From Haliotis rufescens (taxonomy: Eukaryota), in assembly GCF_023055435.1 (NCBI RefSeq), contig NW_025963813.1, positions 20,274,001 through 20,338,000 of the forward strand: DNA of 64,000 bases, given 5' to 3'. A model generated the notes under the pieces. That model searched no databases. It worked only from the letters and a program-made list of their open reading frames with translations, and was not told where the DNA came from. Position numbers and translations under genes: made by a program. Positions 37,246-49,750 of this stretch are shown here, piece by piece (the first letter of the stretch is position 1; every line of letters starts with the position of its first letter).

Positions 37246-40200
37246 GAAGGAAGGAGTTTACTGAACCAAGGGGGAAGGAATCCATTGAACCAAGGTGGAA
37301 GGAACCCACTGAACCAAGGTGGAACGAACCCACTGAACCAAGGAGGAAGGAATCCACCGAACCAAGGTGGAAGGAACCAACTGAACCAAGGGGGAAGGAA
37401 TCCACAGAACCAAGGGGGAAGGAACCCACAGAACCAAGGGGTAAGGAACCCACTGAACAAAGGTGGAAGGAATACACCGAACCAAGGTGGAAGGAATACA
37501 CTGAACCAAGGTGGAAGGAACCCACTGAACCAAGGTGGAAGGAACCCACTGAACCAAGGTGGAAGGAATCCACCGAACCAAGGTGGAAGGAACCCACTGA
37601 ACCAAGGTGGAAGGAATCCACCGAACCAAGGTGGAAGGAACCCACTGAACCAAGGGGGAAGGAATCCAAAGAACCAATGGGGAAGAAACCCACATAGCCA
37701 AGGGGGAAGGAATACACTGAACCAAAGGGGAAGGAACCCACTGAACCAAGGTGGAAGGAACCCACTGAACCATGGTGGAAGCAACCCACTGAACCAAAGT
37801 GGAAGGAATCCACTGAACCAAAGTGAAAGGAATCCACTGAACCAAGGTGAAAGGAACCAACTGAACCAAGGTGGAAGGAATCCACTGAACCAAGATGGAA
37901 GGAATCCACTGAACCAAGGTGGAAGGAATCCACTGACCCAAGGTGGAAGGAATACACAGAACCAAGGTGGAAGGAATACACTGAAACAAGGTGGAAGGAA
38001 TACACTGAAACAAGGTGGAAGGAATACACTGAACCAAGGTGGAAGGAATACACTGAAACAAGGTGGAAGGAACCCACTGTAACAAGGGGGAAGGAATCCA
38101 TTGAACCAAGGTGGAAGGAATACACTGAAACAAGGGGAAAGGAATCCACTGAACCAAGGGGGAAGGAATACACTGAACCAAGGGGGAAGGAATACACTGA
38201 TCCAAAAGGAAAGGAATCCACTGAACCAAGGTGGAAGGAATCCACTCAAATCAAAAGGGGAAGGAATACACTGAACCATGGTGGAAGGAACCCACTGAAA
38301 CAAGGGGAAAGGAATCCACTGAACCAAGGTGGAAGGAATACACTGAACCAAGGGGGGAAGGAATACACTGAACCAAGGGGGAAGGAATACACTGAACCAA
38401 GGTGGAAGGAATACACTGAACCAAGTTGGAAGGAATCCACTGAACCAAGGGGGAAGGTACCCACTGAACCAAGGTGGAAGGAATCCACAGAAACAAGGTG
38501 GAAGGAATACACTGAAACAAGGTGGAAGGAATACACTGAACCAAGGTGGAAGGAATGCACTGATCCAAAGGGGAAGGAATCCACTGAACCAGTGGGGAAG
38601 GAATCCACTGAACCAAGGTGGAAGGAATCCACTGAACCAATGGGGAGGGAATCCACTGAACCAAGGGGGAAGGAATCCACTGAACCAATGGAGTGGGAAT
38701 CCACTGAACCAAGGTGGAAGGAATCCACTCAACCAAGGGGGAAAGAATCCACTCAACCAAGGTGGAAGGAATACACTCAACCAAGTGGGAAGAAATCCAT
38801 AGAACCAAGGTGGAAGGAATCCACTGAACCAAAGTGGAAGGAATCCACTGAACCAAGATGGAAGGAATCCACTGAACCAAGGTGAAAGGAACCAACTGAA
38901 CCAAGGTGGAAGGAATCCACTGAACCAAGATGAAAGGAATCCACTGAACCAAGGTGGAAGGAACCCACTGATCCAAAGTGGAAGGAATACACAGAACCAA
39001 GGTGGAAGGAATACACTGAACCAAGGTGGAAGGAATCCACTGAACCAAGGGGGAAGGAACCCACTGAACCAAGGTGGAAGGAATACACTGAAACAAGGTG
39101 GAAGGAATCCACTGAACCAAGGTGGAAGGAATCCACTGAACCAAGATGGAAGGAATCCACTGAACCAAGGTGAAAGGAACCAACTGAACCAAGGTGGAAG
39201 GAATCCACTTCACCAAGATGGAAGCAATCCACTCAACCAAGGTGGAAGGAACCCACTGAACCAAGGTGGAAAGAATACACAGAACCAAGGTGGAAGGAAT
39301 ACACTGAACCAAGATGGAAGGAATCCACTGAACCAAGGTGGAAGGAACCCACTGAACCAAGGTGGAAAGAATACACAGAACCAAGGTGGAAGGATAACAC
39401 TGAACCAAGGTGGAAGGAATACACTGAACCAAGGTGGAAGGAACCCACCGAAACAAGGTGGAAGGAATACACTGAACCAAGGTGGAAGGAACACACTAAA
39501 ACAAGGTGGAAGGAACCCACTGAAACAAGGTGGAAGGAATCCACTGAACCAAGGTGGAAGGAATACACTGAAACAAGGTGGAAGGAATCCACTGAACCAA
39601 GGTGGAAGGAATGCACTGAACCAAGGGGGAAGGAATACACTGATCCAAAGGGGAAGGAATCCACAGAACCAAGGTGGAAGGAATACACTCAAACCAAAAA
39701 GGGAAGGAATACACAGAACCAAGGTGGAAGGAACCCACTGAACTAAGGTGGAAGGAATCCACTGAACCAAGGTGGAAGGAACCCACTGAACCAAGGGGGA
39801 AGGAATCCACTGAACCAAGGTGGAAGGAACCAACTGAACCAAGGTGGAAGGAATACACTGAACCAAGGGGGGAGGAATCCACTGAACCAAGGTGGAAGGA
39901 ATACACTGAACCAAGGTGGAAGGAATCCACTGAACCAAGGTGGAAGGAATCCACTGCACCAAGGGGGAAGGAATCCACTGAACCAAGGTGGAAGGAACCC
40001 ACTGAACCAAGGGGGAAGGAATACACTGAACCAAGGTGGAAGGAATACACTGAAACAAGGTGGAAGGAATCCACTGAACCAAGGTGGAAGGAATCAACTG
40101 AACCAAGGTGGAAGGAACCCACTGAACCAAGGGGGAAGGAATACACTGAACCAAGGTGGAAGGAATACACAGAACCAAGGTGGAAGGAATACACTGAACC

Positions 40201-43200
40201 AAGATGGAAGGAATCCACTGAACCAAGGTGGAAGGAACCCACTGAACCAAGGTGGAAAGAATACACAGAACCAAGGTGGAAGGAATACACTGAACCAAGG
40301 TGGAAGGAATCCACTGAACCAAGGTGGAAGGAACCCACCGAAACAAGATGGAAGGAATACACTGAACCAAGGTGGAAGGAACACACTGAAACAAGGTAGA
40401 AGGAATCCACTGAACCAAGGGGGAAGGAATACACTGAACCAAGGAGGGAGGAATCCACTGAACCAAGGGGGAAGGAATACACTGATCCAAAGGGGAAGGA
40501 ATCCATTGAACCAAGGTGGAAGGAATCCACTGAACCAATGGGGAAGGAATCCACTGAACCAAGATGGAAGGAATCCACTGAACCAATGGGGAAGGAATAC
40601 ACTGAACCAAGGTGGAAGGAACCCACTGAACCAAGGTGGAAGGAATACACCGAACCAAGGGGGAAGGAATACACTGATCCAAAGGGGAAGGAATCCACTG
40701 AACCAAGGTGGAAGGAATCCACTGAACCAAGGGGGAAGGAACCCACTGAACCAAGTTGGAAGGAATACACTGAAACAAGGTAGACTGAACCCACTGAAAC
40801 AAGGTGGAAGGAATACACTGAACCAAGGTGGAAGGAACACACTGAAACAAGGGGGAAGGAACCCACTGAAACAAGGGGGAAGGAATCCACTGAACCAAGG
40901 TGGAAGGAATACACTGAACCAAGGTGGAAGGAATCCACTGAACCAAGGGGGAAGGAATACACTGAACCAAGGGGGAAGGAATACACTGATCCAAAGGGTA
41001 AGGAATCCACTGAACCAAGGTGGAAGGAATCCACTGAACCAATGGGGAGGGAACCCACTGAACCAAGGTGGAAGGAATCCACTGAACCAATGGGGAAGGA
41101 ATACACTGAACCAAGGTGGAAGGAATACACTGATCCAAAGGGGAAGGAACCCACTGAACCAAGGTGGAAGGAATACACTGAAACAAGGTGGAAGGAACCC
41201 ACTGAAACAAGGTGGAAGGAATACACTGAAACAAGGTGGAAGGAACACACTGAACCAAGGTGGAAGGAACACACTGAAACAAGGGGGAAGGAATCCACTG
41301 AACCAAGGTGGAAGGAATACACTGAAACAAGGTGGAAGGAATCCACTGAACCAAGGGGGAAGCAATACACTGAACCAAGGGGGAAGGAAGACACTGATCC
41401 AAAGGGGAAGGAATCCACTGAACCAAGGTGGAAGGAATCCACTCAAACCAAAAAGGGAAGGAATACACTGAACCAAGGTGGAAGGAACCCACTGAACCAA
41501 GGTGGAAGGAATCCACTGAACCAAGGTGGAAGGAACCCACTGAACCAAGGGGGAAGGAATCCACTGAACCAAGGTGGAAGGAACCCACTGAACCAAGGTG
41601 GAAGGAATACACTGAACCAAGGGGGGAGGAATACACTGAACCAAGGTGGAAGGAATACACTGAACCAAGGTGGAAGGAATCCACTGAACCAAGGTGGAAG
41701 GAATCCACTGCACCAAGGGGGAAGGAATCCACTGAACCAAGGTGGAAGGAACCCACTGAACCAAGGGGGAACGAATACACTGAACCAAGGTTGAAGGAAT
41801 ACACTGAAACAAGGTGGAAGGAATCCACTGAACCAAGGGGGAAGGAATACACTGATGCAAAGGGGAAGGAATCCACTGAACCAGTGGGGAAGGAATCCAC
41901 TGAACCAAGGTGGAAGGAATCCACTGAACAAATGGGGAGGGAATCCACTGAACCAAGGGGGAAGGAATCCACTGAACCAATGGGGAGGGAATCCACTGAA
42001 CCAAGGTGGAAGGAATCCACTCAACCAAGGGGGAAGGAATCCACTCAACCAAGGTGGAAGGAATACACTCAACCAAGTGGGAAGAAATCCACAGAACCAA
42101 GGTGGAAGGAATCCACTGAACCAAGATGGAAGGAATCCACTGAACCAAGGTGAAAGGAACCAACTGAACCAAGGTGGAAGGAATCCACTTCACCAAGATG
42201 GAAGGAATCCACTCAACCAAGGTGGAAGGAACCCACTGAACCAAGGTGGAAGGAATACACTGAAACAAGGTGGAAGGAACCCACCGAAACAAGGTGGAAG
42301 GAATACACAGAACCAAGGTGGAAGGAATACACTGAACCAAGGTGGAAGGAATCCACTGAACCAAGGGGGAAGGAACCCACTGAACCAAGGTGGAAGGAAT
42401 ACACTGAAACAAGGTGGAAGGAACCCACCGAAACAAGGTGGAAGGAATACACTGAACCAAGGGGGAAGGAATCCACTGATCCAATGGGGAAGGAATCCAC
42501 TGAATCAGTGGGGAAGGAATCCACTGAACCAAGGTGGAAGGAATCCACTGAACCAATGGGGAGGGAATCCACTGAACCAATGGGGAGGGAATCCACTGAA
42601 CCAAGGGGGAAGGAATCCACTGAACCAATGGGGAGGGAATCCACTGAACCAAGGTGGAAGGAATCCACTCAACCAAGGTGGAAGGAATACACTCAACCAA
42701 GTGGGAAGAAATCCACAGAACCAAGGTGGAAGGAATCCACTGAACCAAAGTGGAAGGAATCCACTGAACCAAGATGGAAGGAATACACTGAACAAAGGTG
42801 AAAGGAACCAACTGAACCAAGGCGGAAGGAATCCACTTCACCAAGATGGAAGGAATCCACTTCACCAAGGTGGAAGGAACCCACTGAACCAAGGTGGAAA
42901 GAATACACAGAACCAAGGTGGAAGGAATACACTGAACCAAGATGGAAGGAATCCACTGAACCAAGGTGGAAGGAACCCACTGATCCAAGGTGGAAAGAAT
43001 ACACAGAACCAAGGTGGAAGGAATACACTGAACCAAGGTGGAAGGAATCCACTGAACCAAGGTGGAAGGAACCCACCGAAATAAGGTGGAAGGAATACAC
43101 TGAACCAAGGTGGAAGGAACACACTGAAACAAGGTGGAAGGAATACACTGAACCAAGGTGGAAGGAACACACTGAAACAAGGTGGAAGGAACCCACTGAA

Positions 43201-45353
43201 ACAAGGTGGAAGGAATCCACTGAACCAAGGTGGAAGGAATACACTGAAACAAGGTAGAAGGAATCCACTGAACCAAGGGGGAAGGAATACACTGAACCAA
43301 GGGGGGAGGAATCCACTGAACCAAGGGGGAAGGAATACACTGATCCAAAGGGGAAGGAATCCACTGAACCAAGGTAGAAGGAATCCACTGAACCAATGGG
43401 GAGGGAATCCACTGAACCAAGATGGAAGGAATCCACTGAACCAATGGGGAAGGAATACACTGAACCAAGGTGGAAGGAACCCACTGAACCAAGGTGGAAG
43501 GAATACACCGAACCAAGGGGGAAGGAATACACTGATCCAAAGGGGAAGGAATCCACTGAACCAAGGTGGAAGGAATCCACTGAACCAAGGGGGAAGGAAC
43601 CCACTGAACCAAGGTGGAAGGAATACACTGAAACAAGGTAGACGGAACCCACTGAAACAAGGTGGAAGGAATACACTTGAACCAAGGTGGAAGGAACACA
43701 CTGAAACAAGGGGGAAGGAACCCACTGAAACAAGGGGGAAGGAATCCACTGAACCAAGGTGGAAGGAATACACTGAACCAAGGTGGAAGGAATCCAAAGA
43801 ACCAATGGGGAAGGAATACACTGAACCAAGGGGGAAGAAATACACTGATCCAAAGGGGAGGGAACCCACTGAAACAAGGTGGAAGGAACCCACTGAACCA
43901 AGATGGAAGGAATCCACTGAACCAATGGGGAAGGAATACACTGAACCAAGGTGGAAGGAACCCACTGAACCAAGGTGGAAGGAATACACCGAACCAAGGG
44001 GGAAGGAATACACTGATCCAAAGGGGAAGGAATCCACTGAACCAAGGGGGAAGGAATCCACTGAACCAAGGGGGAAGGAACCCACTGAACCAAGGTGGAA
44101 GGAATACACTGAAACAAGGTAGACGGAACCCACTGAAACAAGGTGGAAGGAATACACTGAACCAAGGTGGAAGGAACACACTGAAACAAGGTGGAAGGAA
44201 TCCACTTCACCAAGATGGAAGGAATTCACTGAACCAAGGTGGAAGGAATCCACTGACCCAAGGTGGAAGGAATACACTGAAACAAGGTGGAAGGAATACA
44301 CTGAACCAAGGTGGAAGGAATCCACTGAACCAAGGGGGAAGGAACCCACTGAACCAAGGTGGAAGGAATACACTGAAACAAGGTAGACGGAACCCACTGA
44401 AACAAGGTGGAAGGAATACACTGAACCAAGGTGGAAGGAACACACTGAAACAAGGGGGAAGGAACCCACTGAACCAAGGGGGAAGGAATCCACTGAACCA
44501 AGGTGGAAGGAATACACTGAACCAAGGTGGAAGGAATCCACTGAACCAAGGGGGAAGGAATACACTGAACAAAGGTGGAAGGAATACACTGATCCAAAGG
44601 GTAAGGAATCCACTGAACCAAGGTGGAAGGAATCTACTGAACCAATGGGGAGGGAACCCACTGAACCAAGGTGGAAGGAATCCACTGAACCAATGGGGAA
44701 GGAATACACTGAACCAAGGTGGAAGGAACCCACTGAACCAAGGGGGAAGGAATCCACTGAACCAAGGGGGAAGGAATACACTGATCCAAAGGGGAAAGAA
44801 TCCACTGAACCAAGGGGGAAGGAATCCACTGAACCAATGGGGAGGGAATCCACTGAACCAATGGGGAAGGAATCCACTCAACCAAGGGGGAATGAATCCA
44901 CTCAACCAAGGGGGAAGGAATCCACTCAACCAAGGGGGAAGGAATACACTCAACCAAGGGGGAAGGAATACACTCAACCAAGGGGGAAGGAATCCATTGA
45001 ACCAAGGTGGAAGGAACCCACTGAACCAAGGTGGAAGGAATCCACTGAACCAAGGTGGAAGGAACCCACTGATCCAAGGTCTAAGGAATCCATTGAACCA
45101 AGGTGAAAGGAACCAACTGAACCAAGATGGAAGGAATCCACTGAACCAAGGGGGAAGGAATCCACTCAACCAAGGGTGAAGGAATCAACTGAACCAATGG
45201 GGAAGGAATACACTGAACCAAGGTGGAAGGTATACACTCAACCAAAGTGGGAGGAATACACTGAACCAAGGTGGAAGGAATCCACTCAACCAAGGTGGAA
45301 GGAATCCACTCAACCAAAGTGGGAGGAATCCTCGGGGAAGGAAGGGGGAAGGA
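37246..45353. repeat. 24-bp purine-rich satellite, ~8.1 kb (~335 units), with higher-order structure
   Basis: Unit GAACCAAGGTGGAAGGAATCCACT with variants; source of all the NQGGRNPL / EPRWKEST / PPWFSGFL ORFs. Confidence 0.98.
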
Positions 45354-45552
45354 ATGAGGCCAGATTCGTCGCTATCCGATATGAACATTTCACTGATAGC
45401 GGGTTCCAACTAGCCCTGATTATGACGCTTGTTCTTGTCAGCACTACAAATGTGCTCAACCGTACATATTCAAGTGATTATGGTTTATTCTGGCCTAAAG
45501 TATGTCTCTGCGCCACGGTAACATGTGATCCTCTTCAAATAAGAAGTTCAAG

Positions 45553-45827
45553 TGAGTGAGTTGGGTTTAACGCCGCTTTTAACAGTATTCCAGTTATATC
45601 ACAGCGTGTCAGCTTAATGTGGGAGGAAAGCCCGATGTGATGCAGGTCTCAGACGTTTACCACTTCGGTGAAACCCACGAGCACGGGTATGGTGCTGACA
45701 AACCTAGAAACATAATCGGGGCGAACCGGGATTCGAACCCACAATCATGGGTTTCTGGCGTGCCCAAGGGACGCAACTCTGCACAGCGCATCGTGGCGCC
45801 TTAGACGACTGGGCCACCCATGCGCCC
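45553..45827 (-). mobile_element. tRNA(Leu-like)-derived SINE, family 3
   Basis: Minus-strand head GGTGGCCCAGTCGTCTAAGGCGCC...GTGGGTTCGAATCCC, (ACTC)n tail, 12-bp TSD aagaagttcaag (45541-45552 and 45828-45839); near-identical to 56222-56501. Confidence 0.92.
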
Positions 45828-46143
45828 AAGAAGTTCAAGGTTCAGATATAGTCCCTCATTGTGACACGATGATCAACACTGTATTGTACCATGTCACGCA
45901 CACGTCAGGTCGACACTGAATGTGATTGTGTGTACCCCGCAGCAAAGAACGCCGTGAATCACATACCAGATACATTTATACATGCCCGGGTAACAATAAG
46001 GTAGTCTTCAGAAAACATCTGATAAAAAAACAAGTCAATTGGAAAAGATTCTAGATGGGATCTTAGACAATAACGAAATGGTCAAATGTGAAACTCTGAC
46101 CACATCAATCACAGCTCGTACAGCAAACACTGAATGTAGGAGC

Positions 46144-46441
46144 AATGGGACTACTCAGACACCAAACTGTAGGTGTATCGGTTGTTGGGGCAATGGGACT
46201 ACTCAGACACCAAACTGTAGGTGTATCGGTTGTTGGGGCAATGGGACTACTCAGACACCAAACTGTAGGTGTATCGGTTGTTGGGGCAATGGGACTACTC
46301 AGACACCAAACTGTAGGTGTATCGGTTGTTGGGGCAATGGGACTACTCAGACACCAAACTGTAGGTGTATCGGTTGTTGGGGCAATGGGACTACTCAGAC
46401 ACCAAACTGTAGGTGTATCGGTTGTTGGGGCAATGGGACTA
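46144..46441. repeat. Perfect 48-bp tandem repeat, ~6.2 copies
   Basis: Unit AATGGGACTACTCAGACACCAAACTGTAGGTGTATCGGTTGTTGGGGC with no variants seen. Confidence 0.96.
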
Positions 46442-46644
46442 CGAAGTTAACCCGACTGTTGGGGAAATGAGAGTGTATGGGTATTAGCCGTGATGGTAAT
46501 GAGACTGCTCAGTTAACTGTAGGGCTATTGTCTGTAGGAGCAATGATTCTGCTTATAGTCCGTTTGCTGCAATATCATACCGATGAAATGCAAAATAGAC
46601 ATAAATCCAAAAGCAACAATTCGTCTTAAATAACATGAAAGTTG

Positions 46645-47368
46645 TTTATTTGTTTAGTTTAAACATATTTTATTCTCTTGAAAAGGATTGGGCACAAGTT
46701 ATCACAACTCAGAACGCCCTCTCCCATAGATTTACATGTATTCTTATTTACAATTAAAAAATTAAATGACAGAACGGAAAGAAAAGAAATAAAGAAACGT
46801 TTGTACATTCGCATTGCTCACTCAAACCTTTATGTTTTCTTTATATATGTTTGTACATTCCTAAAAATGCTTCCGTTCACATGATGAGGTAAAATTGAAT
46901 TGCAAACTAGCATCAGGTCAATATATATATCACAAGTATCTTTCGCAATTAACATCAGTGAGTGCATCACTCCGTTTCTAGCTGATTTAAATAAAGGGCA
47001 TTCAATGAACAAATGATATGAATTTTCACATGGGCTATCATATCGGCATTTTGGATCCTCGTTTAAACCCTTTCTAAATAAGTCAATTTTTAATTCATTG
47101 CCATCATATCTTAATTGTGTATGCATTATGTAAGACCATAGGAGAAATATGATGGAACTGTAGATTTATCTATACTTAAACTGGATTTAAAACGAGAGAA
47201 GGTTTCAATATGCCTTTGCTGTATGGGTGATGTATTCCACAATTTGATAGCGGATGGTATAAACGAGGATTCAGGTAACTTACTACTAATAAAGGCATAG
47301 TTATATTGTGAGCGGTTCTAAGGTTGTATGTTACGTTTGTCCCGAAAGAGTGAGGAACTAGATCAGGG
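46645..47368 (-). mobile_element. CR1/L2-group LINE 3' fragment
   Basis: Minus strand reads TYNLRTAHN, SSFIPSAIKLWNT, HTQLR...DLFRKGL..DPKC...CENSYHLFIECPLF, then AATAAA and an aaactaaacaaataaac tail. Confidence 0.8.
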
Positions 47369-49750
47369 GCAGTATGTGGGTAATGACAGTGTAGGGGTAG
47401 TGGGTGTGTTGGTAATGACAGTGTAGGGGTAGCGGGTGTGTGGGTGATGACAGTGTAGGGGTAATGAGTGTGTGGGTAATGAGGGTGTAGGGGTAGTTGG
47501 TGTGTGGGTGATGGCAGTGTAGGGGTAGTGGGTGTATGGGTTATGACAGTGTAGGGGTAGTGGGTGCGTGGGTGATGACAGTGTAGGGGTAGTGGGTGTG
47601 TGGGTAATGACAGTGTAGGGGTAATGAGTGTGTGGGTAATGACAGTGTAGGGGTAATGAATGTGTGGGTAATGAGGGTGTAGGGATAGTGGGTGTGTGGG
47701 TAATGACAGTGTAGGGGTAGTTGGTGTGTGGGTAATGACAGTGTAGGGGTAGTGGGTGTGTGGGTAATGAGGGTGTAGGGGTAGCGGGTGTGTGGTTGAT
47801 GAGGGTGTAGGGGTAGTTGGTGTGTGGGTAATGACAGTGTAGGGGTAGTGGGTGTGTGGGTAATGAGGGTGTAGGGGTAGCGGGTGTGTGGTTGATGAGG
47901 GTGTAGGGGTAGCGGGTGTGTGGTTGATGAGGGTGTAGGGGTAGTTGGTGTGTGGGTGATGGCAGTGTAGGGGTAGTGGGAGTGTGGGTGATGAGGGTGT
48001 AGGGGTAGTGGGTGTGTGGGTAATGACAGTGTAGGGGTAGTGGGTGTGTGGGTAATGACAGTGTAGGGGTAGTTGGTGTGTGGGTGATGGCAGTGTAGGG
48101 GTAGTGGGTGTGTGGGTAATGACAGTGTAGGGGTAATGAGTGTGTGGGTAATGACAGTGTAGGGGTAGTTGGTGTGTGGGTGATGGCAGTGTAGGGGTAG
48201 TGGGTGTGTGGGTAATGACAGTGTAGGGGTAGTGGGTGTGTGGGTAATGACAGTGTAGGGGTAGTTGGTGTGTGGGTGATGGCAGTGTAGGGGTAGTTGG
48301 TGTGTGGGTAATGACAGTGTAGGGGTAGTGGGTGTGTGGGTAATGAGGGTGTAGGGGTAGCGGGTGTGTGGTTGATGAGGGTGTAGGGGTAGTTGGTGTG
48401 TGGGTGATGGCAGTGTAGGGGTAGTGGGCGTGTGGGTGATGAGGGTGTAGGGGTAGTGGGTGTGTGGGTAATAACAGTGTAGGGGTAGTGGGTGTGTGGG
48501 TAATGACAGTGAAGGGGTAGTTGGTGTGTGGGTGATGGCAGTGTAGGGGTAGTGGGTGTGTGGTTGATGAGGGTGTAGGGGTAGTTGGTGTGTGGGTGAT
48601 GGCAGTGTAGGGGTAGTGGGTGTGTGGGTGGTGAGGGTGTAGGGGTAGTGTGTGTGTGGGTGATGAGGGTGTAGGGGTAGTGGGTGTGATGGTAATGACA
48701 GTGTAGGGGTAGTGGGTGTGTGGGTGATGAGGGTGTAGGGGTAGTGTGTGTGTGGGTGGTGAGGGTGTAGGGGTAGCGGGTGTGTGGGTGATGACAGTGT
48801 AGGGGTAGCGGGTGTGTGGGTAATGACAGTGTAGGGGTAGCGGGTGTGTGGGTGATGGCAGTGTAGGGGTAGTGGGTGTGTGGGTGATGACAGTGTAGGG
48901 GTAGTGGGTGTGTGGGTAATGACAGTGTAGGGGTAGTGGGTGTGTGGGTGATGAGGGTGTAGGGGTAGTGGGTGTGTTGGTAATGACAGTGTAGGGGTAG
49001 TGGGTGTGTGGGTGATGAGGGTGTAGGGTAGTGGGTGCGTGGGTGATGAGGGTGTAGTGGTAGTGGGGGTGTGGGTGATGAGGGTGTAGGGGTAGTAGGG
49101 GTGTGGATGTGTAGGGTGTAGGGGTAGTGGAGGTGTGGGCGATGAGGGTTTATGGGTAGTGGGGGTGGGGATGATGAGGGTGTAGGGGTAGTAGGGGTGT
49201 GGATGTGTAGGGTGTAGGGGTAGTGGAGGTGTGGGCGATGAGGGTTTATGGGTAGTGGGGGTGGGGATGATGAGGGTGTAGGGGTAGTGGGTGTATGGGT
49301 GATGAGGGTGTAGGGGTAGTTGGTGTATGGGTAATGACAGTGTAGGGGTAGGGGTAGCGGGTGTGTGGGTAATCAGAGTGTAGGGTAGTGGGGGTGTGGG
49401 TAATGAGAGTGTAGGGGTAGTTGGTGTGTTGATAGTGAGAGTGTAGGGGTAGTGGGTGTGTGGGTAATGAGAGTGTAGGGGTAGTGTGTATGTGGGTAAT
49501 GAGGGTGTAGGGTAATGGGTGTGTGGGTAATGAGAGCGTAGGGGTAGTGGGTGTGTTTATAATGAGAATAAAGGGATAGTGGGAGTGTTGATAATGAGAG
49601 TGTAGGGGTAGTGGGTGTGGGGGTAATGAGGGTTAAGGGGTAGTGGGTGTTTGGGTAATGAGGGTAAAGGGGTAGTGGGTGTGGGGGTGTGGGTAATGAG
49701 AGTGTAGAGTTGTCGGGATGTGAGTAATGAGAGTGTAGGGGTAATGGGTG
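47369..49750. repeat. 32-bp G-rich minisatellite (~74 units), predicted G-quadruplex array
   Basis: Unit GTGTAGGGGTAGTGGGTGTGTGGGTAATGACA; GAGGG variants supply four G3+ tracts with 4-5 nt loops. Confidence 0.96.

Noticed and set aside
37206-45559. Very long ORFs (up to 1361 aa; NQGGRNPL, EPRWKEST, PPWFSGFL repeats) as structural or prion-like proteins
   Set aside because: They are open in most frames on both strands because the 24-bp unit is a multiple of 3 and stop-poor. Frames switch at indels, and there is no unique domain, signal peptide or splice context.
46039-46470. Cys-rich repeat protein (CRCIGCW)n
   Set aside because: Translation of a perfect 48-bp array with no synonymous variation, open in two frames.
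47369-49750. Telomeric sequence
   Set aside because: It resembles yeast TG1-3 superficially but has a fixed 32-bp unit and no TTAGGG arrays.
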